This document shows, in pieces, positions 10,945 to 24,875 of a DNA stretch of 64,000 nucleotides; position 1 is the first letter of the stretch; each line of letters begins with the position of its first letter. The DNA comes from Glaucostegus cemiculus (lineage: Eukaryota), in assembly GCA_976551045.1 (NCBI GenBank), contig CDPCPM010000037.1, forward strand, positions 34,224,001 to 34,288,000, read 5' to 3'. Under the pieces are notes generated by a model. It did no database searches. It was given only the letters and a program-made list of their open reading frames with translations, and had not been told where the DNA came from. Made by a program: the position numbers and the translations under genes.

Positions 10945-11415
10945 CTTGTCTTGTATACCATTCATACAGATCAATTCATTACACAGTGAATCAGGGTAGT
11001 GCATGGTAAAACAGTAACAGATTGCAGAAAAAAGTGTATCAGCTACAGAGAAAGTGCAATACAAGTAGACAATAAGGTGCAAGGTCATAATGAGGTAGAT
11101 TGTGAGGTCAAGAGTCCATCTTATCGTACTAGGGAACTGTTCAATAGTCTTATAACAGTGGGATAGAAGCTGTCCTTGAGCCTGGTGGTATGTGCTTTCA
11201 GGCGTTTGTATATTCTGCCCAATGAGAGAAGAGAGAATGTCCGGGGTTGGTGGGTTCTTTGATTATGCTGGCTGCTTTACTGAGGCAGCAGGAAGTGTAG
11301 ACAGAATCAATGGAAGGGGGGCTGGTTTTCATGATGTGCTGAGCTGTGCCCACAACTCTCTGCCATTCTTGCAGTCACGGGCAGAGCAGTTGCCATACCA
11401 AGCCATGATGCATCA
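10945..11415 (-). mobile_element. Rex1/Babar LINE 3' fragment
   Basis: Minus strand encodes CIMAWYGNCSARDCK...AQHIMKTSPPSIDSVYTSCCLSKAASIIKEPTNPGHS, followed by the Rex 3'UTR. Confidence 0.8.
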
Positions 11416-12204
11416 GTGACGCAGCCGTGACACATTGCCACTACTGTTTGGGGATGTATGGACAACTCCCATCCTTTGCAGTTTTGTTCAAGCTCACCCA
11501 AACCCAGTCTACATCTTAATTTTCTGAGCTAAGATCCTCTCATTTATTATTACAGCTGTCTCCTTTTCCATTAACCTAGTTTTTTCTAAAAGTTAAGTGT
11601 CCTGAAATATTTAATCCCCAGCCTTGGTCACTTTGTAGCCATATCTTGTAGTGGCTTTCAGATCATATTCATTAATAGTTGTGCCATTAATTCATCTACC
11701 TTGCTTTGAATGCAATGTGTATTCCAAATAAAGAGCTTTCAATTTCGCCTTTGATTCTTTTTTTTCCTTGCTTTTACACTAATTAGAGGCATATTTTTAT
11801 GTCTGTATCCTTTGTCCCTTCCTGACAGATTCTTGTTATCACTGCCCATTTCACTATCCTAACTACCATTCTGTCCTTTAACTTTGGAAAGTTAACCTCA
11901 ACAGGACTGCCCCTCCCTCCTATCCCTAGCCATTTAACTTTATGTCTTATCTACAGTCCTAGTTATTCAATTCCTGAGGACACTGGTCCCAGCCCAATTC
12001 ATCTGAAGCCCTTTACAACACAACAGCTCCTTTTACCAATATTGATGTCTGTACTCTGTAAATTAAAAGCTCTTTCTCCCACACCAGTTTTTGAGCCACA
12101 CATGCAACTATTTGATTTTATTAATCTAATGCCAATTTGCACATGGTTTGGGTAGTAATCCAGAAATTATAACTTTTTTGAAAATTGAAATTACAATCTG
12201 CAAA

Positions 12205-12440
12205 TACTATAAATCTGAAATAAAAACAGAAAATGCTGGGAAAACTTAGCAGGTTCAGCAGCATCTTTGGAATGAGAAGCTATTAATGTTTCTGTTGTAA
12301 GGATTCCCAGATGTGAATTGTATGGAAAGGGAAACCATTAATGTTTCAGGTCTGGGACCCTTCATCAGAACTGAGTGTAAAGAGAAAGAGTTGACATTTC
12401 AAAACAGTTAACACTTTCCCAGTTCTGATGAAGGTTCCCA
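12205..12440 (-). mobile_element. Penelope-derived fold-back element with hammerhead core
   Basis: Minus strand CAGTT-CTGATGA-AGGGTCCCAGACCT-GAAAC-ATT (12373 to 12340). Inverted copy at 12420-12439 with a 19/20 match. Confidence 0.75.
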
Positions 12441-13034
12441 GTAGCCAAGAATTCATTCAGTGTATTGACAGCAAATAGCCTCTAAATTATTAGATAAACA
12501 AATCCTTGAAACCTTAAAATAGAATTGAGGCTGTGTGAAGTAGGGAAGGTGCTCAGCTATTTCACATAATGAAGTAATAATCCATTACAATTATTGCCTT
12601 CCCAGCACACTTAAGTTTGAAAGTTAAAATGTCAGCAATACCAAATAAAGTTTTTTGTTATGCTGCAGCTAAGATAGAAATGATAGACATTCTTTAAAAT
12701 TCTAAGCTAATATACTGTTGGATTCCTTCAGATGCTGGCAATTTTACCCAAAGAGTCAAGCCAGCTGCACACCACCCAACCCTTCCATTCACTATATACC
12801 CACAGCAGCACTGGTGAAGACTTAAATTTGACATCACTCTATGTGACAGTTGATATCAGGAGCACAAAAGTAATTATAAAATTGAATCAGAATCTGTGTC
12901 ATATGGTAATTGTTGGTGTGTATGTAACATGTTATTGAAAAATTCCTTTCTAAATTGCAAAATTATTGAAATATCAATATTTGTTGCTATTATCTTAATT
13001 ATTGAGGTAAAAAGAAAACTGGGAACACTGAATA

Positions 13035-13350
13035 TCATAGAAGGATACAGCACAGAAACAAATCTTATGGCCCGCCAAGTCCGTGCTGATCATCAAACTC
13101 CCATTTACACTAATCCCATGCTTATTCCACTCCATTCTCCCCTCTTTCCCTTCAAATGTCCTCACATTCTGTTACTTACCTACACACTAGAGGCAATTTG
13201 CAGTGATCAATTAACCTACCGACCCCACATGGCTTTGAAATGTAGGTGGAAATGAGAACCCCTTGGAAATTCATGCAGTCACAGGGCGAATGAGCAAACT
13301 CCACACAGACAGCAAGATTGACTCCAGGTACTGCTAGCTGTGCCACTCTG
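13035..13350 (-). mobile_element. Older HE1-like V-SINE
   Basis: gaaatgtaggtggaaa...gcaaactccacacagacagca, plus the CR1-type tail end catagaaggatacagcacagaaac. Confidence 0.7.
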
Positions 13351-16139
13351 CTGGAAGTCTAAAATTAAATAACATTTATGGAATTTTAGCTTAGATGGGA
13401 ATCTTAGTTGGCATGGACCAGATGGGCTGAAGGAGCTGTTTCTGTGCTGCATCACTCTATGAATCGCACAGCAAGCTCATCAGAATTAGAAAATCTAAAG
13501 ATCAGGTAGAAACTGAACTTGATATCGATATAAAAAAAATTGGGAAATGTGCTGCTCCAGAGTAGCCAACAAATCTGGAAACATTTTCAATGTCAGGTGA
13601 TCTGTAGCTCCAGAATTTTCAATAAATTGGCGAGAGTGCTCTAGTCTGGTCCTCAGTTCTCCCTCATGGCAATGCACCTTTGTATTTGCACAAATCCGAG
13701 GTAGTACAATTTCAAATGATTGAACTAATTACTATCACTACATAATAATCCTATTGTGTTTCCATTGTTCGTTTTGTAGTGTGAACGTCACTGCATGTGA
13801 TAGTTGACATCAGCAGCACAGTGCAATAGATTTCAAATATTTCTTTACTTCCTATCTTTTCATCCCCTCTCCTTTTACCAGGATGTGTATAGATATTTTT
13901 TAAAACATGCATTCACGGAGAGTGACATTTAGCAGACAGCTCCATTGAAGGTTTAGCATTTAAATACTTCTTTTATACAAATTGCTTAGTCCGACTCTGC
14001 TCGGTAACTAAGGAATGTCACATAAGGAGAAACTACAAGTACCATTGAAATATCCTTTCTTCTATTTGTGCTATTGAGATGTAATTTATTGCAGTAGAAT
14101 GAACACCTACTTTCACTGGTTATTGCAAGTTGCTGTGCTCTTTTTCATTAGTTTTATTTTTCTTCTGTAATTAATTGACACTGGCAGCCAAAACAGAGCA
14201 TTATCAGTTCAGATATCACACTTTGTGAATTAGACAGATTTGAATACTCCCTGCTTCCAGCAATTCCATAGGGAGCCTATTTCTATTGATTCATCAATTA
14301 CTTGGTAAAATCATATTTCCAATAACTATAGTGAGGGCAGGGACAAGTATGGATGTGAGGAGCTGTGCATAAAATCATTGGTGCTCCTGTTGAATTTAAT
14401 ATCAGGACTTTGTTAAGTATGTTGTTATTTCCTTTCTCTAGATGATCAGATAGGCTAGCAGCTGGGAGGAAAAGTCAGTGGTTTTTAGCTATAGTCAACT
14501 GGGGATGCTCCCCAGAAGCTGGAAAAGATAGCAGCTTAGTGGGTGAGTATGGGGAGGGGGCTTTCACATGGAAATCAAGGAGGAAGGGAGGGAGAACTAC
14601 TTTTGAAAACAGGACAGAGACCTGCATATCAACCATTGCTGGAAAATTTGTGGTTAACATTTTTTTGCAATGCATTATGATCACATATTGCAAATTTTAT
14701 TATTTAGTTTACTTTTCAATATGCAGGTTAGAATCCTATAATGTACCAAAGACCCTGATTTCTTTTTCAAGATCAAATTGGATGGTATACCTCGGGCTGA
14801 TGTATCATCAGCTGGATGAATGACTGAATACTACAGTTTACATCAATGTTGCAGTCTCTTTGTTACATACTAATTGCCTACCACGTTCCCATATTTATTG
14901 TAAACCATAACTAGTTTAAATCGCCTATTCTTTATATTTGCCCAATCAACAGTGTATTTATAAAAAAAAATTCTGCAGCTACTGAAATATATAACCATTA
15001 ATTGCTCTCAAATGAAATTGGGGTTTGCAAAATATGTTGCAGATTTTTTTTAAAGACGTTGCATTTAAAGTGATTATTGTTAGCATGCAGGTGGCTGATC
15101 AAGTGAATGGAGAAAGTTGCCTTTTGGGATCATAAGGTTGATTGATTCCACAAGGTAAATAGCTACTAGAACAACATCAACATTATTCCTGTAGCAATGC
15201 AAGTAGAAAACAATAATATTTTCCAGTTTCATCATTAAAATGTTTAAACATTAGGAAAAATAAAACATGTATTTCCATGGCATATTTCATAATCTTAGTA
15301 TATTTAGCTATACTTTACAGCCACTTTAAAAAGATCGACACTATTTTAAAGGAGGTAACACACTAGATACTTTGTACAGAGCAAAGTCCTACAACTATAA
15401 TGAAATAATTTTTTTAATTTTGAATTTAGTATAGGACTTGAACCCAAGTTCTGGCTCAGAGACTAGGATACCAGAATGACCAAGTGTAGCACATAAGTTA
15501 TGTATAAAACCAGGATTTTGTGTATGAGACTTGGTGATAGACAATGTTGTGAAAATTAATTATATGATCATATGTTTGTGGACCCTGCTATGTGCAAATA
15601 CACTGTTTACATTGCACCCCAACAGTGACTACACTTCAAAAATACTTTAGCTGTAAAGTGTTCCAAAATCATGAAAAGTTTTTATTAGATGTCACAACAA
15701 CACTCCTCCACTCTCTTTTAGTATTGTTGATCTGAGCCTTAACCAGCCTGCTGCGAGGTTAATTGAATAGCTTTACATCACAGGTGTCTCTGTGGGAGAA
15801 TTGGCCTTCTGAGACACATCTGCTTGTTAGGATGGCTATTGTCTTGTAGGTTGCTTCTCTGTCATTTGTTCAGGCTAGCCCAGGTATGCGAACTACTTGG
15901 CATTGGTAGCAAATAAAGAGGGGCCTAGCCTTGCAGTTGAAGTCTTGAAAAGGAATATTACTACATAAATACAATCTCTTTTTGTTTCTTGTCTCTTTAC
16001 ACCATTCAAAAGCAATTAGTTATTTTTGATTAATTCTCTGATTTTTGTTTTCCGATAGTGATTCTGCAAACAACATTTTCTTCTCGTAGGTACACAAAAA
16101 ACCCCTCAAAAACTTGTTTGTTTGTTGGCTATATTGGAA

Positions 16140-17500
16140 CAGTTCTTATTTCAAGCCTATTCTGGCAGAGCCCGTAATTCTTTCTCTGCTACATCAATGA
16201 GTACAATGATGCTGCCTGCGGCACTTGTGCAGAACTCATCAATTTCAACATCTTTGCCACCATCTTCCACTCTCCGCTCAAATTAACCTAGACTATCTCT
16301 GGCCCTTCTTTTTCTGGATCTCTTTCTCCTTCTCAGGAGACAGACCTGCCACTGACTTCCACAACAACTTTAACTATACCTCTTTCCACCCTGCCTCCTG
16401 TAAAGATGCCATCCCTTTTTCTCACATGCATTTCCTGCACATCTGCTGTGAGCCCACCCCCCCTCCACCCAACCTCATCCTATACCCAGCAGGGCAGAGT
16501 TCCCTTGGTCCTCACCTTTCACTCCACCACCTTCCACATCCAACACGTTATCCTTGCCATTTCTGCCAACTTCAACATGATCCCACCACCAGTCTTCCCC
16601 TCTCAACCCCCTGCCCCAATCCTTTGGCTTTCCACTCCCTTCAGGGCTCCCTGGTCTGCTCGTCCATCCCCTGGCACTTTCTCCTGAATTCAAAGAAGAT
16701 ATAGCACGTGTCCCTTCATCTCCTCCCTCATCATCCAGGGACCTCAACACCCTGCACCTCTTCCACACTGTTCTGCTGCATTTGGTACTTACGATGTGGC
16801 CTCTCAACATTGGTAAAACCAAGCGTAGACAAGACAACGGTTTTATAGGGCACCTTGAGCTTCCAGTCGTATGTTATTTTAACTCTCCTTTCCACTTCCA
16901 TGCTGACTTGTCTGTCCTCCACCTTCTCCATTGCTAAACAGAGGCCAAACACAATTTGGAAGAACAACATATTCCGTTTGAATAACTTGCAGCCCAGTGG
17001 TCTGAATATCAAATTTTCCAATTTTGGGTAACCCGCACACCCCAGTTCTCTCCTCCCACACTCACTCGCCTGTTCATCTACTTTTCTTCTCCCTTTGTTC
17101 ACTTTTCCCATCCCCTGCCTCTACTTAGTTCCATTTGTCCATCATCTCTTCCCCATCCCGTTCCACTTATCACCCACCCGTCTATATCCCAATCCCCCTA
17201 GTATTAGTATTGGTTTATTATTGTCACTTATATCGCAGTACAGTGAAAAATCGTCTTGCATACTGATCATACAGGTCAATTCATTACACAGTGCAGTTAC
17301 ATCGAGTTAGTACAGAGTGCTTTGAGGGAGTACAGGTAAAAACAATAACAATACAGAATAAAGTGTCACAGCCACAGAGAAACAAGTACTGCTACGAACT
17401 GTCAATCTTTCCTGTTTCTTCTCAGTCCTGATGCACCTTATGTCACCTTACACCTTTTGCCTCCACAGTTGCTGCTTGACCCACTGTGTCCTTCCAATGT
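16140..17500 (+). mobile_element. Decayed Penelope-like retroelement (RT C-terminus, GIY-YIG, 3' terminal repeat), interrupted by a Rex tail at ~17205-17385 (-)
   Basis: FHPASCKDAIPFSH..HIC, RVPLVLTFHSTTFHIQHVI, CCIWYLRCGL.NIGKTKRR (GIY-YIG-like) and LEEQHI.FRLNNLQPSGLNIKFSNF. Confidence 0.85.
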
Positions 17501-18129
17501 TCCAAAAAAAACACACACTGGATTATTGAAGGTCAATTTTCATTCCTAAGTAAAAACAGAAAATGCTTTAAACACTCATCATTGTAGAAAGAGAAACAAA
17601 GTGAATGTTCCAAACCAAAACCCCTTCATCAGAGAAAATGGTGGACAAGAACACAAAAGGAATTAAAACACATAAACAATATGGGAACTCCATATTGTTA
17701 CAAATGTTTACAGATTTCTCCTAAATTTGTTAAATTTTCCAATGCAGATTTTCTTTGCTGATTCTGTGATGTTTATTGGCTAGCAGTTGCCTCTAGAGCA
17801 GAAAAATACAGATCAATATTATTTCTGTTGATGCATTTACTGATGTGTAAAAAGAAAATAAAAGATTTCTTCAGTTTGTCAACAACCTACTTAAAGCTAA
17901 AAGGAGCAGATATGTTTCCACCTCGCCCATTATACTGTATTCTTTTGTTTCAAGATAAGAATATTTGTTGCATCAATATCACCATTTTTGATTATCTGAA
18001 ATTTATCACTATCAAATTTCTAATTAAAATTGATGTAATATCACTTGCTGAATTGGAACTTACTTCTATAACCTTTTTTTCTATCTATTCTATTGCAGAA
18101 ATGTTAGTTAATTCCACTCCAGAAAAACA

Positions 18130-18275
18130 AGGTTTTTTTAGGTTGTGTCCTCTAGTCCTAGAATTTCTAAGCAGCAGAAATAGTTTCCCTCCACATGTTC
18201 CCTCAATAACTTGAAAACTTTGATTATGTCTCCACTTAACCTTCTTACTCCCAAATAATACATCCTGGTTTGTAT
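18130..18275 (-). mobile_element. Older CR1 3' fragment, continuing at ~20825-20950, split by the young CR1
   Basis: RRLSGDIIKVFKLL and NSRTRGHNLK on the minus strand. The other side resumes with gtaatttgtc...ctggtaagtttatgttgcac...ggtgtggtgcatggaact. Confidence 0.7.
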
Positions 18276-18279
18276 GTTC

Positions 18280-20822
18280 CATAGAACCATAGAACAATAC
18301 AGCACAAAACAGGCCCTTCGGCCTACCAAGTTGTGCCGTCCTTCAAACGTCTCACAATCTAGCTCTTTCCTCCCCAATATCCTACTATTCCACATCCTTC
18401 CATGTGCCTATCTAACAATGTCTTGAACCTGTCCAACGTATCTGCCTCTACTACCACCCCAGGCAGCGCATTCCATGCGCCAATCACTCTCTGGGTGAAA
18501 AACTTCCCTCTGACATCTCCCCTAAACTTTCCACCCAATATCTTAAAGCCATGCCCTCTTGTCTTGTGCATCTGTGCTCTGGGAAAGAGGCGCTGGCTGT
18601 CAACTCTATCCATTCCTCTCAATATCTTATACACCTCTATCAAGTCCCCTCTCATCCTCCTCCTCTCCAACGAGTAGAGCCCTAGCACCTTAAGCCTCTC
18701 CTCATATTCCATACCCTCTAATCCAGGCATCATCCTGGTAAATCGCCTCTGTATCCTCTCCAACGCCTCCACATCCTTCCTATAATGCGGCGACCAGAAC
18801 TGAACACAATATTCTAAATGCGGCCTAACTAGAGATTTGTAAAGAAGCCTCATCACCTCTCTGCTCTTGAACTCAATCCCACAATTTATAAAAGCTAACA
18901 TCCCATAAGCCTTCTTAACTGCCCTATCCACCTGCAAGGCAACTTTGAGTGAACTGTGGATATGAACCCCTAGACCCCTCTGCTCCTCTACACTGCCAAG
19001 TACCTTGCCATTTACCTCATACTCTGCCCTGGAGTTCGTCCTACCAAAGTGCACCACCTCACACTTCTCCGGATTAAACTCCATCTGCCACCTGTCCGCC
19101 CAGCTCTGCATCTTATCAATATCCCTCTGTAAGCTCCGACAGTCCTCCACACTATCCACCACACTGCCGATCTTGGTGTCATCCGCAAACTTACCAGCCC
19201 ATCCTTCCACTCCTTCATCTAACTCATCTATAAATATAACAAAGAGTAGAGGTCCCAGAACTGATCCCTGTGGGACACCACTAGTCACAGCCCTCCAATC
19301 CGAGAGCATTCCCTCCACCACAACCCTCTGCTTTCTACAGCCAAGCCAATTCCTGATCCACACAGCCAATCTCCCCTGTATGCCTCGACCTCTGACCTTC
19401 TGAAGAAGCCTGCCATGAGGAACCTTATTGAACGCCTTACTAAAATCCATATAAACTACATCCACCACACTGCCCTCATCAAGCTTCCTCGTCACCTCCT
19501 CAAAGAATTCTATCAGGCTTGTGAGGCAAGATCTTCCCTTCACAAAGCCATGCTGACTGTCCCTAATCAGTCCATGATTCTCCAGGTGTTCATAGATCCT
19601 ATCCCTCAGAATCCTTTCTAACAGCTTACCCACCACAGATGTGAGACTCACCGGTCTGTAATTTCCCGGACTATCCCTACTACCTTTCTTAAACAAGGGA
19701 ACAACATCTGCTACCCGCCAATCCTCCGGCACCATCCCCGTGGACAACGAGGACTCAAAGATCCTCACCAGCGGATCAACAATCTCCTCCCTCGCCTCTT
19801 GAAGCAGCCTGGGGAATATTCTGTCAAGCCCCGGAGACTTACCCGTCTTGATATTATTTAACAATTTCAACACCTCCTCCCTCTCGATAGCTACGTACTC
19901 AAGAACATTATCCTTACCAGCACTCTCTGTCGTGTCATCCAGACCCCTCTCCTTGGTGAATACGGAAGAGAAGTATTCATTCAGTACCTCTCCTACTTCT
20001 GCCGCCTCCAGGCACATCCTCCTACCTTTATCCTTAATCGGACCTACCTTCACCCTAGCCATCCTTCTGCTCTTCACATACGAGAAAAAAGCCTCGGGAT
20101 TTTCCTTAACCCTACTAGCCAACATCTTTTCATGTCCCCTTCTAGCTCTCCTCAGCCCTTTCTTAAGTTCCTTCCTCACTATACTATATTCCTCACGGGC
20201 CACGTCCGAGCCTTGCCGCTTACACCTTACGTAAGCCGCCTTCTTCCTCCTAACCAGATGTTCCACCTCTTTCGTCACCCACGGTTCCTTCACCCTGCCA
20301 TTCTTCCTCTGTCTTGCCGGGACATATTTATCTCTAACATCCTGTAAAACATCCCTGAACATTGTCCACATCTCCACAGTACACTTCCCCTCAAAAAGGA
20401 CTTCCCAATTTACACTCCCAAGTTCTCTCTTTATAGCCTCATAGTCTGCCCTTCCCCAATTAAATATCTTCCTGTCCTCCCTGCACCTATCCCTGTCTAT
20501 GACAATTCTAAAGCTTATCGAGCAATGATCACTGTCCCCCAAATGCTCACCCACCAGTAGATCTCTCACCTGTCCCGGATCATTTCCTAAAACCAGATTC
20601 AACACTGCATTCCCTCTAGTTGGCCTGTCAACATACTGCGTCAGGAATCCATCCTGGACACACTTAACAAACTTGTTCCCATCTAAACCTTTGGCACTGA
20701 GCATGTCCCAGTCTATATTCGGGAAGTTGAAATCCCCCATTATTACAACCCTGTTATTTTTGCTTCTGTCCAAACACTGCCTGCCAATCTGCTCCTCTAT
20801 ATCTCTACTGCTACCCGGGGGG
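18280..20822 (-). mobile_element. Young 5'-truncated CR1 LINE with an uninterrupted ORF2 remnant (partial APE endonuclease + RT)
   Basis: ORF 18359-20896 (845 aa) has IMGDFNFP, GDSDH, GNYRPVSLTS, GVPQGSVLGPLLF, KFADDTK, RPHLEYCVQFWSP and TRGH. The 3' tail is a (ctatggtt)-type repeat. Element homology begins near PPGSSRD. Confidence 0.97.
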
Positions 20823-21419
20823 TGTAATTTGTCTTTCCTTGTAATTTGACCATTTGTCCAGTAGTACTCTGGTAAGTTTATGTTGCACTCAGTCAAAGAC
20901 CAATATTTCTCCCCTTGGTGTGGTGCATGGAACTACTTGTAGTATTATAGGTACATTTTAACCTGTACATTACATACCCATAGCATAACTTCTGCTGAAC
21001 TTCACGTTAATCTTGTGAATTTAAATGGCACTACCCAGAGGAGAATCAGCAGCAAAAATTGAAATAGGTTTACTATTGAGTCTGCCACTATAAAAGTTCC
21101 TACAATGGTGATTCACCTTACTTTAAACTTTGTAGTTTTTACATGACTTTGCCAGTAACAGTTTCTTCATAGATTTAATGCATAAGATCTAGGATTCATG
21201 ATATTACGTAATGCATTGTGAGGCATCAGAAAATCTTTCCTCCACAATCCAAAGTTCAAAAAAAAATCACAGGATTCTTGTGTAATGTTTCTTGAGCTCC
21301 AGTTTTACAAGTGGTTTTGTTTCACTTCCAGAAGGTTTGGAAACTAGTGATTTCCTTGATGCTGGAGAGAGTCAATTGTAGAGTAACCTACTGTAATTTT
21401 TGTTTCCTAAGTTCATTTA

Positions 21420-22270
21420 CAGGACCTCAGCATTGCAAGAAAGCCTAGCATTTATTAAGCATCCCTAATTGTCCTGGTGGTGATGAGCTGCCTTCTTGAA
21501 CTGCTATAGTCCTGGTAAGATACTCCCATAGTGCTGTTGGTTAGGGAGTTCTAGGATTTAGACCCTGTGACGATAAAGGACTGGGCAATACTTTCTATGT
21601 CAGGATAATATACAACTTGGAGGGGAGCCTACAGGTGGTATGATTCCCATACGCTTGCTACTTTTGCACTGCTTATTGGTAGAGGCCATGGTTTTGGAGG
21701 TGCTGGAGGAGTACTGCAGTGCATATTAAATACAGTGCATATTGCAATGAATGCTTACAGTGGTTGATAGGGTACCTACCTAGCATGTCACCTTGTCCTG
21801 GATGGTTTTGAGCTTCCTGAGAGTTGTTGGCACTGTACTTAGCTAAGCAAGTGAAGAGTATTCCATCATGTCCTGATCTTGGGCCTTGTAGATGTTGGAA
21901 AATACTTGGGAGTTTCAAGAGTTGAATCACCCAAAGCAAGGTATCTAGTCTCTGACCTCCTTGTATAGCCATAATATTTGTGTGACTAGTTCAGTTGAGT
22001 TTTTTGTCATTGGTGACCCCCATAATATTGGTGGGGAGGGACTTGGCTTCAGTAAATCCATTGAATGTCAATGGTAGGCAGCCAGATTATCTCCAATTAG
22101 AGATGGTCACTACCTGGCACTTTTATGGTGTGAATGCTGCTTACCACATATTAGCCCATGCCTGAATGTTGTCTACATGCAGGCGTGGGTTGCTTCATTT
22201 GCTGAGAAGTTACAAATGGAAATTAATATTGTGCAACTTCCCCACTTCTGATCTTGTGATTAAAGGAAGT
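21420..22270 (-). mobile_element. Old LINE fragment (CR1/L2 superfamily; related to 31480-32330 and 53410-54010)
   Basis: Minus strand ...FQHLQGPRSGHDGILFTCL...SQEAQNHPGQG corresponds to the frameshifted YKAQVR..MEYS..AW region. Long 3'UTR. Confidence 0.65.
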
Positions 22271-22605
22271 GGGGTTGATCCCCTAGCTGAAGAGTAATAG
22301 TTTCCAGGAGTCATTGAGGATGTAACACTTTGCAGAATCTTTGAGCAAATCATCAAATCTTTTTCTCTTTTCAGCCTAGTAATCTTGTCTCACAACAGGG
22401 TACAGAATAGGGTATCAGTTTTAGGAGTCTGCAGTCACTCATAAAAATGATTTTGCCTGCCCAGCATAGCTTTAGTTTTGGTTTTGGTATTAGTTTGCTT
22501 TTCCCTCCAGTGAATTTGGAGAATTTTGCAAAGACGGTGTTGATGGTAATTTTCCAGTGCCTTGAAATGCCTGCTGTTGGTAGTCCAGGTCTGGACCACA
22601 TTTAA
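22270..22605 (-). mobile_element. RTE-clade LINE fragment
   Basis: TWTTNSRHFKALENYHQHRLCKILQIHWREKQT (ORF 22435-22641). Confidence 0.8.
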
Positions 22606-24289
22606 ATAGTTGCTGATGTTTTTTGGTAAATGAAAGCACAAATGCTAGATTTTATTAATAGCCTAGAATCTGTTCAGGTTACTATCAAAGTCAGCGGCTA
22701 TCACGTGAAGAGAATTATGACAGGTATTTTTGTATTTAACAGCATAATTTGGATGAATTGATTTGCAGTCTTTAATGGTCCTGGACACTCAGAAACTGGT
22801 GTAATCAGAGGATTTTGCTATTATCTGATTATCCTCTACTTTTAATAGTTATTTCTGACCACACCAGGTCTTTCTACTCCAGCTCTACAAATGCCACAAA
22901 ATGAGCATTGTCAGTCTCTTGCTTGGCAACTGAGTAGCATCCAGGTGGTAGACAGTAGGATGGTCACCAGTTGCCTGCTTCATATTGGCAGATAAAGTTT
23001 TGAATACAAAATTTGAATGTGGAGTGTGTTGTCAGGAGCACCAAAACTACATAGTATATAATAAAAAATAATAGCTCCATCCCTTGCACAAAAGTGAAGA
23101 GGAAGAAACAAACCAAGTTTAATTAATGATAAAGATGACAATATTAACTGAGCAAGTTGGCGTTCAGCATTATGAAGTTAGGGCAGGTTCTATAAAATAG
23201 TGCTTACCTTTAGGTTGCACTATTTTCCAACGTATTGAAGGGATGTTGTATATCACATCTTAAATTACAAACCACTAGTCATAAGAGCTTGTTTCAAATA
23301 TTATGGCCATTGCATTTCAAATTTGCAAGTTCCTTCCAATTTTTCCCCCTTTTAAGATGGTTCTTCTGCCTGCTGTTCATGTTGCTGTTTGATATACTGT
23401 ACATACTGTGTCCATGTTGTCTCCCTCCCTCTGCTCCTCAGTATTTCTCAGTTATCCTTGGTTAACTGTCCTTCCTCACTGTTGTATTGCTGGTTGCACA
23501 GCCTATGATTCCATATGGCTTTATTTAGCCTTAGCTGCTTGTTTAAACAGCACTGCCGATTCCCCTAGTCATGTTGTGACCTGTTAAAGTACAGGCATCT
23601 TGATCTTTACTCAGATCTGGTTTGTGTAATTTTAGCTATTGGGTAGAACAGAGGTTTAAAGTGTAGTCTTGATGTCCATGAACTTTGAATCCAAAGTTGG
23701 GAGAAGACTGTGTGCTTATTTAAATTTTGTAATAAAGCAAAATCACAGTAGCTGTGCTTTATAGTGCAAGATAGTGCTTTGTAATCCTGATTTATGAAGT
23801 AATCTACCAGGAGTGATTTTGTTTTATAAGAAAAGCGTACACTGAAAAGTAGAAAATAAGCAATCCCCAGGGATCCGCAGGGGGTTTTGCATAGATAGCT
23901 TTAAAGTTGTAATTTAGGCTGAACCGCAGTCTACATCAGAGTGAAGAGACCTAAAGCAGTGGAAGAAGGGAGATCGAGAGAGAGGACAATGGATGGATAA
24001 ACTGCATCTCAGTCAGGAGCTTGCTTCTTGTTGCAAGACGCGTGTCTATGTAGTATTTGCTCACTTGCAAAAATTCTCTGTTGCAATTAACAAGAATGGT
24101 GTATACAAAGTGTTCTTTACTATTCTGTGAGGGAATTAAAGCAAACATCCAATATGAAAATGAAACAATCTCAAAGAATAACATCAATACTTATATAAAG
24201 AAAGACTGCTGCTTTGTATTAACTGTTTTTGGCTTCTTCTCTATTATCCTCATGTACATCTTTTAAAAACAATCAATCTGCATACCAGT

Positions 24290-24505
24290 TGAATTGAAGA
24301 TGAACAACTTGTTCAACATCATACCATTATGGAACAAAATAGATGCATCATCTAGCTCACTTTGTGCATTCTACTCTTCATAGATGATGCTACATTCACA
24401 TTTAACACATATGATGAATTGCAGAGTATGATGGACAAGTTCTCTTATGCATACATCAAGTTAGGCTTGGCAATCAGTATCGAGAAAATGATTGTCATGT
24501 TGTAT
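24290..24505 (+). mobile_element. RTE-clade RT fragment
   Basis: ILLFIDDATFTFNTYDELQSMMDKFSYAYIKLGLAISIEKMIVM corresponds to the LFADD...LQ..MD.FS....GL.IS..KT.VM region. Confidence 0.75.
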
Positions 24506-24589
24506 AGCTGTACATACTGTGTCCATGTTAGCATCATATCACCTAAAATCTGTGTTGGTAATGAAGCTATGTCTATATGGATAACATAA

Positions 24590-24875
24590 GATATCTTCAT
24601 TAGTCACATGCACATTGAAACGCACAGTGAAATATATCTTTTTGCGTAGTGTTCTGGGGGCAGCCTGCAAGTGTTGCCACACTTCCGGCGCCAACATAAC
24701 ATGCCCACATCTTCCTAACCTGTACACATCTTTGGAATCTGGGAGGAAACCTGAGCACCTGGAGGAAACCCACATAGACACGGGGAGAACATACAAACTC
24801 CCTACAGACAGTGACCGGAATTGAACCTTGGGTCGCTGGCACTGTAAAGTGTTATGCTAACCGCTACACTATCAT
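24590..24875 (-). mobile_element. V-SINE with Rex-type tail (same subfamily as 1905-2190)
   Basis: ORF-track translations are near-identical to those of the 1905 copy (MYVLPVSMWVSSRCSGFLPDSKDV vs MYVLPMSAWVSSGCSSFLPHSKDV). Confidence 0.85.

Noticed and set aside
19420-20610. APOBEC-type hypermutation of the young CR1
   Set aside because: I noticed only two D-to-N (G-to-A) changes, too few to distinguish from ordinary transitions without a consensus alignment.
18359-20896. 845-aa ORF as a host or domesticated gene, or an autonomous LINE
   Set aside because: It is standard CR1 ORF2 lacking the N-terminal endonuclease half, ORF1 and 5'UTR. The start codon lies in flanking DNA.
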